Source: Escherichia virus TH15. Taken from it: a DNA stretch of 64,000 nt. The translations under genes and the position numbers were made by a program. Below, piece after piece: positions 36,497 to 45,425 of this stretch. The stretch lies in the sequence record MT446392.1. One strand, given 5' to 3'. Position 1 is the first letter of the stretch; the number at the start of each line of letters is the position of its first letter. The notes below the pieces were generated by a model. That model was not told where the DNA came from. It ran no database searches and saw only the letters and a program-made list of their open reading frames with translations.

Positions 36497-37489
36497 ATGA
36501 CACGTAATGAATATATCCAGGCCTTTAACTCAACTATCGACACAAAAGTAAAACCATTAATAGGTGAATCGGCTATCCTTTTAATTATCAATTTCTGGTT
36601 AAATCAGATTGACTCGACAATTGTTGCATCTGGACGCTTCAAGAAAGACATTGCAACTATTGCGAGTCGTGCTGGTAACGATGATATCAAGAAAACTTTT
36701 AAAAGTTCCCGAGTCCTGGCATACCTGGTTAATAAAGACCTTCTTAACAAGTTTGGTGTTGAATCCAGACGTGGTAAAGGTACAATTGGATATCATTGGT
36801 TTGGCGATGTTGAAAAATACTATCTTGATAAACAAGGCTATACTGCTTCTGAATTCGCAAATTGTTGGGCTCGTGAATTCAGAGATAACAAAATGTCTAT
36901 CATCAAATCAGCGACAAAATTGATGGGTGGTGATTTTCGCACTATCTCCCATTTGGCTGAGCACATGATAAATGTTAAAGATTCTGGTGAAAACCAGGTA
37001 ATTATTGCAGTTAAGTATGAATTCTTTACGCCAGTGGCTACTCCAGAAAATGTCAAAAAGTACCTTGATGTTGCCTGTACGCTTACTCATCAGCTGCAGT
37101 GTGCACTTAATTATATGCGCACTGTTGAAAAAATTAAAGTAGACCCTATCACCAGTGCTCATGGTTGGAAAGGTTGGAAAATTGTGGTGACATTACGCGA
37201 AGTTAAATGTGCAAAGCAACCAACTGTTGCAGAAATCTATAAAAAGAAAAGTGAGGAAATTATGAATGCTCCGCATGAAGTTACTACCCTTGAAGACCTG
37301 ATTGATAACCTGAATAATGAGCCAGTGAAACAAAAAGCGCCTGAAATTGTTGCCCTGGAAACAGCGTATAATGAAGCTCTTGCTGTTAATAAAAAGGCAA
37401 CTGAAGACTATACAAAAGCCAAGCGACTTTGGGAAGAATCAACCAATCGTCTGGATAAACTGGAACAGGCTCTGGAGCTGTTGAAATGA
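36497..37489 (+). CDS. hypothetical protein
   Basis: 330-aa ORF with SD gaggag. Confidence 0.5.
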   Translation: MTRNEYIQAFNSTIDTKVKPLIGESAILLIINFWLNQIDSTIVASGRFKKDIATIASRAGNDDIKKTFKSSRVLAYLVNKDLLNKFGVESRRGKGTIGYHWFGDVEKYYLDKQGYTASEFANCWAREFRDNKMSIIKSATKLMGGDFRTISHLAEHMINVKDSGENQVIIAVKYEFFTPVATPENVKKYLDVACTLTHQLQCALNYMRTVEKIKVDPITSAHGWKGWKIVVTLREVKCAKQPTVAEIYKKKSEEIMNAPHEVTTLEDLIDNLNNEPVKQKAPEIVALETAYNEALAVNKKATEDYTKAKRLWEESTNRLDKLEQALELLK

Positions 37490-37803
37490 AAAATCGTTTA
37501 AGAGAAGATATTGCTGCAGCCTCTAATACAGATTTATTGAAATTTATTAAAGAAGCCGAGCTCGATGAAATTAAATTGAATGGAAAAATTCATGGCTGTG
37601 ATGATTATAGCCGAGATATTCCTGATTGGAATGCTATTATTAAAATTGTCGAACGTCGTGAAAAAGCTTCTAAGAACGTTCCTAACTGTCCTATGTGTGG
37701 AACTGAACAAGTCCAGTTGATTCAATGGCGACATAATCCGCTTCAGTATAAATGTCGCATGTGTAAACACAAATTTGAGAGAGATGAAAATGGCAAAGCG
37801 TAA
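37486..37803 (+). CDS. zinc-ribbon protein
   Basis: 105 aa; CPMCG ... CRMC pair near the C-terminus. Confidence 0.45.
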   Translation: MKNRLREDIAAASNTDLLKFIKEAELDEIKLNGKIHGCDDYSRDIPDWNAIIKIVERREKASKNVPNCPMCGTEQVQLIQWRHNPLQYKCRMCKHKFERDENGKA

Positions 37804-38035
37804 AGAATATGTTGAGACCGCCGAAAGGGTGGTCCGTGAATTAACTCTGGCCTATTATAAAGAACACGGCAAATTTCCGGATAGTTATTCGGTATTGAAA
37901 TCCGCTTTAACCCGTTCGTATAATAATATCCTTACTGAAGTGCATGATATCAGAAATGCACACCTTAAAGAAACTGGAACAGAGCTTGACCGCTCTGAAG
38001 TATTCAAACAAGTATTAGGAATTCAAGATGTTTAA
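37790..38035 (+). CDS. hypothetical protein
   Basis: Start at Met 6 of ORF 37775..38035. Confidence 0.4.
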   Translation: MAKRKEYVETAERVVRELTLAYYKEHGKFPDSYSVLKSALTRSYNNILTEVHDIRNAHLKETGTELDRSEVFKQVLGIQDV

Positions 38036-38291
38036 AGTATATGGCTATGATTCAAACATTCATCGTTGTGTTTTCTGCGACAATGCAAAACGTCTACTTG
38101 ACGTTAAAAAACAGCCTTACGAATTCATCAACGTGATGCCTGAAAAAGGTGTGTTTGATGATGAGAAGATTGCTCAACTCCTGGCTGCACTTGGTCGCGA
38201 ATCCCAAATTGGTTTGACTATGCCACAAGTGTTTGCTCCTGACGGAAGTCATATTGGTGGCTTCGACCAACTGCGAGAATATTTCAAATGA
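38028..38291 (+). CDS. nrdC: thioredoxin / glutaredoxin NrdC
   Basis: 87 aa; [24 protein letters not shown]...[25 protein letters not shown] closely parallels T4 NrdC including the CxxC site. Confidence 0.9.
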   Translation: MFKVYGYDSNIHRCVFCDNAKRLLDVKKQPYEFINVMPEKGVFDDEKIAQLLAALGRESQIGLTMPQVFAPDGSHIGGFDQLREYFK

Positions 38292-38477
38292 TTGAATTAA
38301 TGTTGGGTGTTTTGTATCTTATCATTGGTATTGGTTATGCTAAGACCCTAGCTAAATTAGATGATTTCGGTGCAGGTGATTTTTGTTGGTGGCTGACGTC
38401 TATGATTTGTTGGCCTTTATTTCTGGTTGGTGCTTCATTCTGGAACTTTAAATGATTGACGAATTTATGGTGGAATT

Positions 38478-38786
38478 ATGATTGGATTAAATGAACAGAC
38501 TATTTTTCTAGGTGATGGTACCGAAGATGACCTAGAATATAAACTCTATGAATACATGGTAGCCCTGGCGAAAGAAGAAGGTATTGACTTTGCTGTGGCT
38601 AATCCATATGGCGAGAACACCGTTGTAATCGGTGGCACTGCTTATGAAGTCCAATGGCAATACGTTGGGCTTGAATCTGAAGAATATGAAGAAGATAAGC
38701 ATGGCGATTGGCATCCGGTTGGTCCTTGGTATTGGGACGACGGCGAGCCTGATTTTGAAGTAAGTAGTTATTGGTGTGACCGTTAA
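38478..38786 (+). CDS. hypothetical acidic protein
   Basis: 102-aa ORF. Confidence 0.45.
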   Translation: MIGLNEQTIFLGDGTEDDLEYKLYEYMVALAKEEGIDFAVANPYGENTVVIGGTAYEVQWQYVGLESEEYEEDKHGDWHPVGPWYWDDGEPDFEVSSYWCDR

Positions 38787-38832
38787 GCCATGGTATACCG
38801 CTCGATGGGAAACTGTCGAGCCAGAGGAACCG

Positions 38833-38862
38833 GTTTACAACGGTTTCGAAACAGAGTATAAT
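38833..38862 (+). promoter_or_regulatory. early promoter cassette: -35 GTTTAC, -10 TATAAT, palindromic spacer GGTTTCGAAAC
   Basis: 18-nt spacer. Confidence 0.5.
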
Positions 38863-38902
38863 GAACCTTCAAACAATGATTTAATCGATATGGAGTTTGG
38901 AT

Positions 38903-39076
38903 ATGAGTACCAAAATTGAAGTTGGCCGTCACAAAGGCCGTTTAATTGAACATTCTCTTTACGAGTTGTCGGATTCTCGTAAGTTACCTGATGAAGAATC
39001 TGCTTTAATTTTTGCCGCGGCAGATTATATTCATTGGCTTGAAGCCCAACTTCGCTTTTCTGATGAGGTCTTTTAA
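38903..39076 (+). CDS. hypothetical small protein (57 aa, below the ORF-track cutoff)
   Basis: Hand-translated MSTKIEVGRHKGRLIEHSLYEL...; stop overlaps next ATG (TAATG). Confidence 0.35.
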   Translation: MSTKIEVGRHKGRLIEHSLYELSDSRKLPDEESALIFAAADYIHWLEAQLRFSDEVF

Positions 39077-39345
39077 TGTTTTTAGAAATTGTTAATATTC
39101 ATGCTGCTCAATCAGGTTTTATGAAAGAGCTTCAAGACGCGGGATTTAAAAATGGTGATGTTATCCAGGCGTTAAGACAACGTTTTGACCCTGATGTTGA
39201 ATGTAATGTTTGGGACGTTGTTGAAGCAGATGAATACCTTTTTGATACCATAGAAATTGAAGGGTCATGGACCTGTATCACTGAGTATATGATAATTGAT
39301 AATGGTAACGTTGAATGCCATTATCCTTGTTTTAGGATTGTTTAA
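39076..39345 (+). CDS. hypothetical small protein
   Basis: 89-aa ORF, translationally coupled. Confidence 0.45.
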   Translation: MFLEIVNIHAAQSGFMKELQDAGFKNGDVIQALRQRFDPDVECNVWDVVEADEYLFDTIEIEGSWTCITEYMIIDNGNVECHYPCFRIV

Positions 39346-39521
39346 TGAAAACTAAATTAGTCTATACTGAAAAATTAAATGGTGCCAAGGTCTGGAAACT
39401 TCTTATCAAAGGAAGTCCTACCGACCAGTTTATGGCCACCTGTGTGGGATTGTATACTCGTCCTACCAAAAAGATGATTCGTCAATTTAAACGGTTGCAT
39501 CGCTCTTTCTATAATATTTAA
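39345..39521 (+). CDS. hypothetical basic small protein (58 aa, below the ORF-track cutoff)
   Basis: Hand-translated MKTKLVYTEKLNGAKVWKLL...; TAATG coupling to the upstream ORF. Confidence 0.35.
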   Translation: MKTKLVYTEKLNGAKVWKLLIKGSPTDQFMATCVGLYTRPTKKMIRQFKRLHRSFYNI

Positions 39522-39557
39522 TAAATACCCTTATCTAATAATGGTAGGGGTTAAATT

Positions 39558-40634
39558 ATGCAAGATTATGGCCATTGGTCTGTATTTGAAGAAGTTGACA
39601 TTAAAAATTATATTGGGTTTGTGTACGTGATTACATTTGAAGACGGTCGCAAATATGTTGGTGCTAAAAAGATTTGGAAACGAATCAAAGCAGCTCCATG
39701 CACATTCAAGCGCGGTCCCAAAAAAGGTTTTGAAGAATCTGATTGGAAAACCTACACATCCTCATCAAATGAGTTAAACTCAATTCTGGAAAATGGTATA
39801 AAGCCAAAAGAAATGATTATCATGGGTTGGTATCCAACTTGGGGTAAAACACTTATGGCTGAAATGGAAATGCAACTAGCTAATGATGTTTTGCGAGACC
39901 CAATGTGGCTCAACAAACAGATTGGTGGTCATTTCAACCCCAACTGTTTTGATGATTTGACTCAAGATGATATTGCTCGATGGATTGAATTTGACAAAGG
40001 CAATGAACATGTTAATTGGCCTGTGATGTATAAAATGGGTCAGAAAACTAAATATGTTAAACCTGACGAAGTTGAAAATTATTTGGCGAAGGGTTGGCAG
40101 TTTGGGCGTTCTCGTTCAGAAAAGCATGGAATAATTACCAATTGTTCTTCGTATAAAATTTGGGATTACCAGACTGATACGGAAGTTGAAGTCGTTAACC
40201 AAACCGAGTTCGCGCAAGAAAATGAAATCTCTGCAAGTCATTTAACCAGACTGTTACAGGGTGATTTAGACCTAATTCAGGAACGTTGGGGCTTACCTCC
40301 GACCATTGCACGACAAAGATACAAATTTGCTTTGGCTGATGATAGTGTAAAATTTATATCGAACGCTGATGTTGAACAATATTTTGGTGTTGGTCGCGGT
40401 GGTTGTGCAAAAATATTAAAAGATGGAAAAATTAAAAAGTTGGTCGTGGAAGACAAAAAATCGCATAAAGCAAAACTTGCAACCATGGATTTAGTCAAAA
40501 CAGTTCGACATGAAAAAGTTTCACAAATGGAATTAAACTTTTTCAAAGATATGGTTAATCCGCTATCTCAAACTGAAAGAGATAACTTAACAGTATGGCT
40601 CGAAAGCTATATACAGTATTTAAAAAACAACTGA
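39558..40634 (+). CDS. possible GIY-YIG-type (Seg-like) endonuclease
   Basis: 358 aa; N-terminal YIGFVYVITFEDGRKYVGAKK resembles the GIY-(10 aa)-YIG module; remainder unassigned. Confidence 0.35.
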   Translation: MQDYGHWSVFEEVDIKNYIGFVYVITFEDGRKYVGAKKIWKRIKAAPCTFKRGPKKGFEESDWKTYTSSSNELNSILENGIKPKEMIIMGWYPTWGKTLMAEMEMQLANDVLRDPMWLNKQIGGHFNPNCFDDLTQDDIARWIEFDKGNEHVNWPVMYKMGQKTKYVKPDEVENYLAKGWQFGRSRSEKHGIITNCSSYKIWDYQTDTEVEVVNQTEFAQENEISASHLTRLLQGDLDLIQERWGLPPTIARQRYKFALADDSVKFISNADVEQYFGVGRGGCAKILKDGKIKKLVVEDKKSHKAKLATMDLVKTVRHEKVSQMELNFFKDMVNPLSQTERDNLTVWLESYIQYLKNN

Positions 40635-40772
40635 GGAAATCGCTCAAATGATTAATTTTTATGGCTACATATTTTATGCTTTAGCTGAATCTATGAATGA
40701 TATTATCCGCCGCATGGGTGACGAGTATCCTTCTCAATGGCTATTCCTCGTAACCAATACAGGACCTTTCTA

Positions 40773-40988
40773 ATGAATAATTTTCGCAATGCGGCGGCAG
40801 ATATCCTGGCAAACATAACGCTTGTGTTGTTCATCGTTTGTCTGCTTATTCTGGCTATCCCGTTTGGTTTGCTGTTTGTTATCATCGGTTGGTTAAGCAC
40901 TAATCCTGGCCTCGAAAGCTCTGAATTCAACAAAAGAATCCAGGCTATTCATAATACCATTGCAAAAATGCTGAAGGTGAAAGAATGA
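40773..40988 (+). CDS. small membrane protein
   Basis: Start at Met 13 of ORF 40737..40988, coupled (TAATG) to a 41-aa upstream ORF at about 40648-40772. Confidence 0.4.
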   Translation: MNNFRNAAADILANITLVLFIVCLLILAIPFGLLFVIIGWLSTNPGLESSEFNKRIQAIHNTIAKMLKVKE

Positions 40989-41284
40989 AACGTTTTGAAG
41001 AATATGTAGCTACTAATTGGACCGCATGGGACAAGTTCGGTGATGAATGGTACTTCCATGACTGTGACTTGGACCCGAAATTCTTTGCTGATAAAGAAGA
41101 AGACCTTAAAGATATCTATGCTCTATCTGAGATTCATGGAATCAAACCGACGGTTTATTTCTCTTTCGACGACACTGGTTTCCTTGTACAGGTTTATGTC
41201 CCGTATGCAACCGCCAGCGATGAAGAAGTTATTAAAACCTGGAACTACCAAGGAGTGATTTCCTGTGGGCCAAAACTCGACTAA
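40985..41284 (+). CDS. hypothetical protein
   Basis: 99-aa ORF, translationally coupled. Confidence 0.45.
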   Translation: MKRFEEYVATNWTAWDKFGDEWYFHDCDLDPKFFADKEEDLKDIYALSEIHGIKPTVYFSFDDTGFLVQVYVPYATASDEEVIKTWNYQGVISCGPKLD

Positions 41285-41582
41285 GATTGAAATCTATGGT
41301 ATCCCCGAAGAAGTCGGTCGATGCCCTGGTTGTATGCACGTCAGGAGCCTTCTGGGCTCCTTAAACCTTCCTTATACATTCTATTCAGTCCTTAACAAAC
41401 AAGGCTCTGAAATCGCTTATGACAGGCCATTAATCGTGTCTTTGGCTAAGCGTGCTGGATATCCTACCCTTAACATTCGTTACCCAGTGATTTTTGTCAA
41501 TGATGAAAAAATGACCAATATTCCTGCCTTTAAAACAAAACTGATATCCCTGGGGTATGACCAGGACTTAATTGAAGATTAA
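41265..41582 (+). CDS. thioredoxin-fold (glutaredoxin-like) protein
   Basis: 105 aa; CPGC motif near the N-terminus in an NrdC-like context. Confidence 0.4.
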   Translation: MGQNSTKIEIYGIPEEVGRCPGCMHVRSLLGSLNLPYTFYSVLNKQGSEIAYDRPLIVSLAKRAGYPTLNIRYPVIFVNDEKMTNIPAFKTKLISLGYDQDLIED

Positions 41583-41584
41583 AA

Positions 41585-41618
41585 AGGGGTGTACAAGCCC
41601 CTTTGAATGATGTATCAT
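41585..41618 (+). promoter_or_regulatory. overlapping terminator hairpin and early promoter (-35 GTGTAC in the hairpin loop, -10 TATCAT)
   Basis: AGGGG-TGTACAAG-CCCCT hairpin; GTGTAC, 18-nt spacer, TATCAT; ATGAT/ATCAT inverted repeat around the -10. Confidence 0.5.
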
Positions 41619-41649
41619 TATCCCATCAACTACTGATGAGGAAAACAAA

Positions 41650-41832
41650 ATGGTTATTCAAGATAAAGAAATTAAAGTTGACCGGTATTATTCTGTAAAT
41701 GGCTATCCTGTACAGGTAACCAAAGTGACTGACCAAGATGTATGGTATCGTCCTTTGAAATGGCCTGATGCTCCGTTGATGGTGTGTGACCGTAGCTTGT
41801 TCAATACAGTTGCAAAAGGACCTAAATTATGA
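41650..41832 (+). CDS. hypothetical small protein
   Basis: 60-aa ORF with SD gaggaaa. Confidence 0.45.
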   Translation: MVIQDKEIKVDRYYSVNGYPVQVTKVTDQDVWYRPLKWPDAPLMVCDRSLFNTVAKGPKL

Positions 41833-42077
41833 GCCTTAAATTGCACGCAATGAAAAATATCATTACCCTTAATCTGGATGATGAGCGTCTGATTTTTCTC
41901 ACCATCACTGATAAGAATATTGAAATTGCAAATGGTCCTAAGACTTATTGTTGCCCAGTAAAAAATTGGAAGCATGTAACCTTTTTGTCCCTGGGCGAAC
42001 GTCTGGAAGACCTTAAGTTGGATTTGGGTATCAAAGATATCCAGTATATCAAAAATCTTATTGACGCTAACTGCTGA
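41829..42077 (+). CDS. hypothetical small protein
   Basis: 82-aa ORF, translationally coupled. Confidence 0.45.
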   Translation: MSLKLHAMKNIITLNLDDERLIFLTITDKNIEIANGPKTYCCPVKNWKHVTFLSLGERLEDLKLDLGIKDIQYIKNLIDANC

Positions 42078-42084
42078 GGTAACT

Positions 42085-42378
42085 ATGGGTAAAACTATTC
42101 GTCGCAAAGAATTGTCTGTAAAAGATTTTTATTATTCAGGGCGTCGTCAGGCGCGCTGTGGTGTAAGTCAGGAACAAGTTGAAGAAAATATCTTCCGTTC
42201 AGACAAATGGAAGCGTATGCGTGGTGTTGATTCAGAAGTTAAGAATGAGATGAATCGTCAACTGCGTAAAGAAGTTCGTCAGTTGAAAAAAGATGTGTAC
42301 GTTGAGGATGATTTTGATTATAATACTTCTCATCGTGTTGCAAAGCGTAAATCAAATGAATGTTACCGTTATAGCTGA
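42085..42378 (+). CDS. hypothetical basic protein
   Basis: Start at Met 9 of ORF 42061..42378 (SD gaggt). Confidence 0.45.
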   Translation: MGKTIRRKELSVKDFYYSGRRQARCGVSQEQVEENIFRSDKWKRMRGVDSEVKNEMNRQLRKEVRQLKKDVYVEDDFDYNTSHRVAKRKSNECYRYS

Positions 42379-42517
42379 GGAAAATATGAATATCAAACGA
42401 ATGTTTTTTAAGCAGGGGTTATACACTTTAAATGCTACTCCAAAGGGTGATACAACTAAGTGGTCAGTAAATGACTGGATTAAATTCATTGATGAAAATG
42501 GCAATTGGAAAATTTAA

Positions 42518-42715
42518 ATGAATCCTGAATCTAAATTATCACAGCGAATTGCCGAATCTCGTCGTCAGTTCTTTGAAAATATGATGGCCCAAGGTATTGA
42601 TGACGAAGTTTTTCTGAACTGGTTTTGGAATCACAAATATTCAAGCTGTTCAGGAGCAATATTAATATCCGTCGCATTGATGTATGAAGGATGGAAAGCC
42701 GCTAAAGCGCAGTAA
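42518..42715 (+). CDS. hypothetical small protein
   Basis: 65-aa ORF. Confidence 0.4.
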   Translation: MNPESKLSQRIAESRRQFFENMMAQGIDDEVFLNWFWNHKYSSCSGAILISVALMYEGWKAAKAQ

Positions 42716-42723
42716 AAACCAAC

Positions 42724-42745
42724 GGGGTCATGGTATAATGACCCC
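42724..42745 (+). promoter_or_regulatory. -10 TATAAT inside perfect palindrome GGGGTCAT...ATGACCCC
   Basis: 8-bp inverted repeat arms flank the -10; no good -35 seen. Confidence 0.4.
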
Positions 42746-42782
42746 AAGGATAATAAAATTTTAATTGAATGAGGAATATATC

Positions 42783-43109
42783 ATGACTGCATCTATCACT
42801 AACACCATCGCTAATTTCGCATTTGCTAAAGTCAACACTCTGATGAAATCTGGTTTCGTTACTCCTGAGATTCTGGACCAGTGGGAAGGTGATGTACAGA
42901 AGTTGATTATTGCAGAAGGTCAGACAATGGGTAAAGCACGTATTCGTGAAAGCCTTGTTCAGTATATCCTGAATGAATTTGATGTAGTAGCGTTTGGTCT
43001 GCCGCTCCCACGTGAAAACAAAGAAGTTTCTGACAAAGCCATCAAGCGCATGAATTCCCAGCGCAAGAAAGGTTTTGTTGACCTGAAAATTGTTAAGGGC
43101 GAGAAATGA
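42783..43109 (+). CDS. hypothetical protein
   Basis: Start at Met 7 of ORF 42765..43109 (SD gaggaa). Confidence 0.45.
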   Translation: MTASITNTIANFAFAKVNTLMKSGFVTPEILDQWEGDVQKLIIAEGQTMGKARIRESLVQYILNEFDVVAFGLPLPRENKEVSDKAIKRMNSQRKKGFVDLKIVKGEK

Positions 43110-43372
43110 TTAAAATTAAACTCTCTCATTATGAGAAAAACCTGGAAATGATTACTATGAAAGAAGAACTCCTAAATGATATCCGCTTTACGGGTTACGC
43201 AGTTCAATTTAATGATGTTGGTGTCCTCCAGATTGAAGGCGACCACTTTATTATTGAATATGAATTCAAGCAGTATTGGTTGTATGCCAAAGATGAAGTT
43301 GGCGGGATTGATTATGTTGACCAGTTTGATAAGCTTGATGATGTTTTAGAAGCTGCCCAATTGGTGCACTGA
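43106..43372 (+). CDS. hypothetical small protein
   Basis: 88-aa ORF, translationally coupled. Confidence 0.45.
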   Translation: MIKIKLSHYEKNLEMITMKEELLNDIRFTGYAVQFNDVGVLQIEGDHFIIEYEFKQYWLYAKDEVGGIDYVDQFDKLDDVLEAAQLVH

Positions 43373-43638
43373 TGCACATCAATCATACAATGATATCCGT
43401 CCAGGACCTGGGAACGTTTTGGGTGGATGAATTCATGAAAATAACATTCTTCCCACACGCAGAAGGGTATGGCTCCTGGGAATCTCATATCAGCATGTTG
43501 AATGAAGGTCAATACCGCAACGAGCATGACCGGCTGATGGAATTCATTAGTGATGCTGAGGTTATCCCTTATATTGACATCCACGAATTTAAGGCAATTA
43601 TGGAGAAGGTCTTCCAGGCTTACTGTTTACTTCGCTAA
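43372..43638 (+). CDS. hypothetical small protein
   Basis: 88-aa ORF, translationally coupled. Confidence 0.45.
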   Translation: MHINHTMISVQDLGTFWVDEFMKITFFPHAEGYGSWESHISMLNEGQYRNEHDRLMEFISDAEVIPYIDIHEFKAIMEKVFQAYCLLR

Positions 43639-43686
43639 CGCTTTGTATCAAGGATGATATAATATTCATATACTAAGTGAGGCGAT

Positions 43687-44244
43687 ATGAACGAAATTAA
43701 ATTAACCAAGAATAACTATGTAAATAATAAAGAGCTTCTGAAAGCTATTTCGGAGTGGAAACAGAAGCTGAATGCGAACACCGACCCAAATAAAATTATT
43801 CGCCAGAACGATGTTATTGGTCTGGCAATTATGCTTATAGCCGAAGGTCTTAGCAAACGTTTCAACTTTTCAGGATATACCCAATCTTGGAAGCAGGAAA
43901 TGATAGCGGACGGAATTGAGGCCGCAATAAAAGGTCTTCATAACTTCGACGAAACAAAATACGATAATCCACATGCTTACATAACAATGGCTTGCTTCAA
44001 TGCTTTCGTTCAGCGTATCAAAAAAGAACGTAAAGAAATGGCAAAGAAATATAGCTACTTCGTCCATAACGTGTACGATTCACGTGACGACGATATGGTG
44101 GCTCTGGCTGACGAAACATTTATCCAGGACATCTATGACAAAATGACACAGTACGAATCCTCCTTAGTTAAAGCGCCAGGGTCTGATAAGAGCGCCAAAG
44201 ATAAAGAAGGTGATTTGGATTTTTTATATGGAACATCAATTTGA
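43687..44244 (+). CDS. 55: late-transcription sigma factor gp55
   Basis: 185 aa; ...NYVNNKELL...[40 protein letters not shown]... closely parallels T4 gp55, same length. Confidence 0.9.
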   Translation: MNEIKLTKNNYVNNKELLKAISEWKQKLNANTDPNKIIRQNDVIGLAIMLIAEGLSKRFNFSGYTQSWKQEMIADGIEAAIKGLHNFDETKYDNPHAYITMACFNAFVQRIKKERKEMAKKYSYFVHNVYDSRDDDMVALADETFIQDIYDKMTQYESSLVKAPGSDKSAKDKEGDLDFLYGTSI

Positions 44245-44461
44245 TATTACCGATTTTTTAGATAAAATCGAGGAAGACTTTACAGCGCTCCCATATTTCA
44301 TTAAACTTTATCTGCGAGACATAAAAGGTCTTCCAATTGATATCGACCCTTTAAACGTCCGGAATCTGGAATTTACTTCACCGGATAATAACGTTGATTA
44401 CCGTTATCATGTGGATAATGCTAATCTATATTTTACAATTGAGTTAACTCCCAAGGATTAA
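44228..44461 (+). CDS. hypothetical small protein
   Basis: Start at Met 7 of ORF 44210..44461, overlapping the end of gene 55. Confidence 0.4.
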   Translation: MEHQFDITDFLDKIEEDFTALPYFIKLYLRDIKGLPIDIDPLNVRNLEFTSPDNNVDYRYHVDNANLYFTIELTPKD

Positions 44462-44462
44462 T

Positions 44463-44774
44463 ATGCAAGCTCCAGATATTTCTCAACTGACCGATAAGCA
44501 GATTGAAGAAGCACAGGAACGTCTCGAAGAAGCGAACGCACTCGAAGCTACCAGCCAGGCAGCAAAGATTCTGAAAAAGAATGCTCGTGAAATTGAACGC
44601 CTGAATAAGCATGCTCAAGGGGCAGTGCTGGAAAACAATTTTGAAGCATACAAATATGCTTTAGTTAAACTGCGTGGAATTTACCGCCAACCAGTTACGG
44701 AAGACCTGATTAAGTTGATGTGGGAAACTACTCGCAAGCAAATTTGGGAAATCGTAAATGGCATTAGTAAATAA
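44463..44774 (+). CDS. hypothetical protein
   Basis: 103-aa ORF. Confidence 0.45.
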   Translation: MQAPDISQLTDKQIEEAQERLEEANALEATSQAAKILKKNAREIERLNKHAQGAVLENNFEAYKYALVKLRGIYRQPVTEDLIKLMWETTRKQIWEIVNGISK

Positions 44775-44958
44775 ACCTTTTAAACGGCTTCTTGTTGGAG
44801 CCGCTTTCAGACTTCGCTCATATGGTAATATCTGTATTAAGCAGACTGAAACCGAATACAAAATGATTGGCCAGTATTCTGACGGTATTTTTCAGATTGA
44901 GCCAGTAGCGAAGGTGTGGGTTGATTCACATCAACTTAAGAAATGGTGGCAAAGGTGA
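44758..44958 (+). CDS. hypothetical small protein
   Basis: 66-aa ORF. Confidence 0.4.
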   Translation: MALVNKPFKRLLVGAAFRLRSYGNICIKQTETEYKMIGQYSDGIFQIEPVAKVWVDSHQLKKWWQR

Positions 44959-45214
44959 TAACATGGACGGCGGGCTAATGAAAGACGAACATCCAGATTT
45001 TTAAGAGGTCATATGAATGACGAGTACGAAAAAGTTTAAGAGACTACGTTATGATGAATTCGACGGATTTTGATAAGATTAAATCTGACAAAAATGAGAT
45101 GATGCTTCAATTTGAAGCCGCTCGTATTAAAGCAGAAAATGAAGGTACTATTACCTATAAACCCATCAAGTTCAAGTCTTCTCATGAACCTCTGTATGGT
45201 GTATTAATTGGAAA

Positions 45215-45237
45215 GGAAGCCTAGTGCTTCCTTTTTT
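45215..45237 (+). terminator. rho-independent terminator
   Basis: GGAAGC-CTAGT-GCTTCC followed by TTTTTT. Confidence 0.65.
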
Positions 45238-45264
45238 GCTTTATAGTCGGGATGATAAAATGAA
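45232..45264 (+). promoter_or_regulatory. possible MotA-type middle promoter (TTTGCTTTA box, about 12-nt spacer, TAAAAT)
   Basis: MotA-box-like TGCTTTA overlapping the terminator T-tract, -10-like GATAAAAT downstream. Confidence 0.3.
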
Positions 45265-45281
45265 CCAACTGAGGAGAACAT

Positions 45282-45425
45282 ATGGAATTATTTTTAGGAT
45301 ATGTCGTGTTATTCATGGCATTCTACACATTCACACGAACTTGTTGGATAGGATTCTTTTCTACTCCTGACGGGTTCATCTCATTAATTTTATTTTGCAT
45401 TGCGATAACGGCGCTTGGCTTATGA
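45282..45425 (+). CDS. small hydrophobic peptide (47 aa, below the ORF-track cutoff)
   Basis: Hand-translated MELFLGYVVLFMAFYTF...; strong SD gaggagaa; stop overlaps gene 47 start (ATGA). Confidence 0.4.
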   Translation: MELFLGYVVLFMAFYTFTRTCWIGFFSTPDGFISLILFCIAITALGL

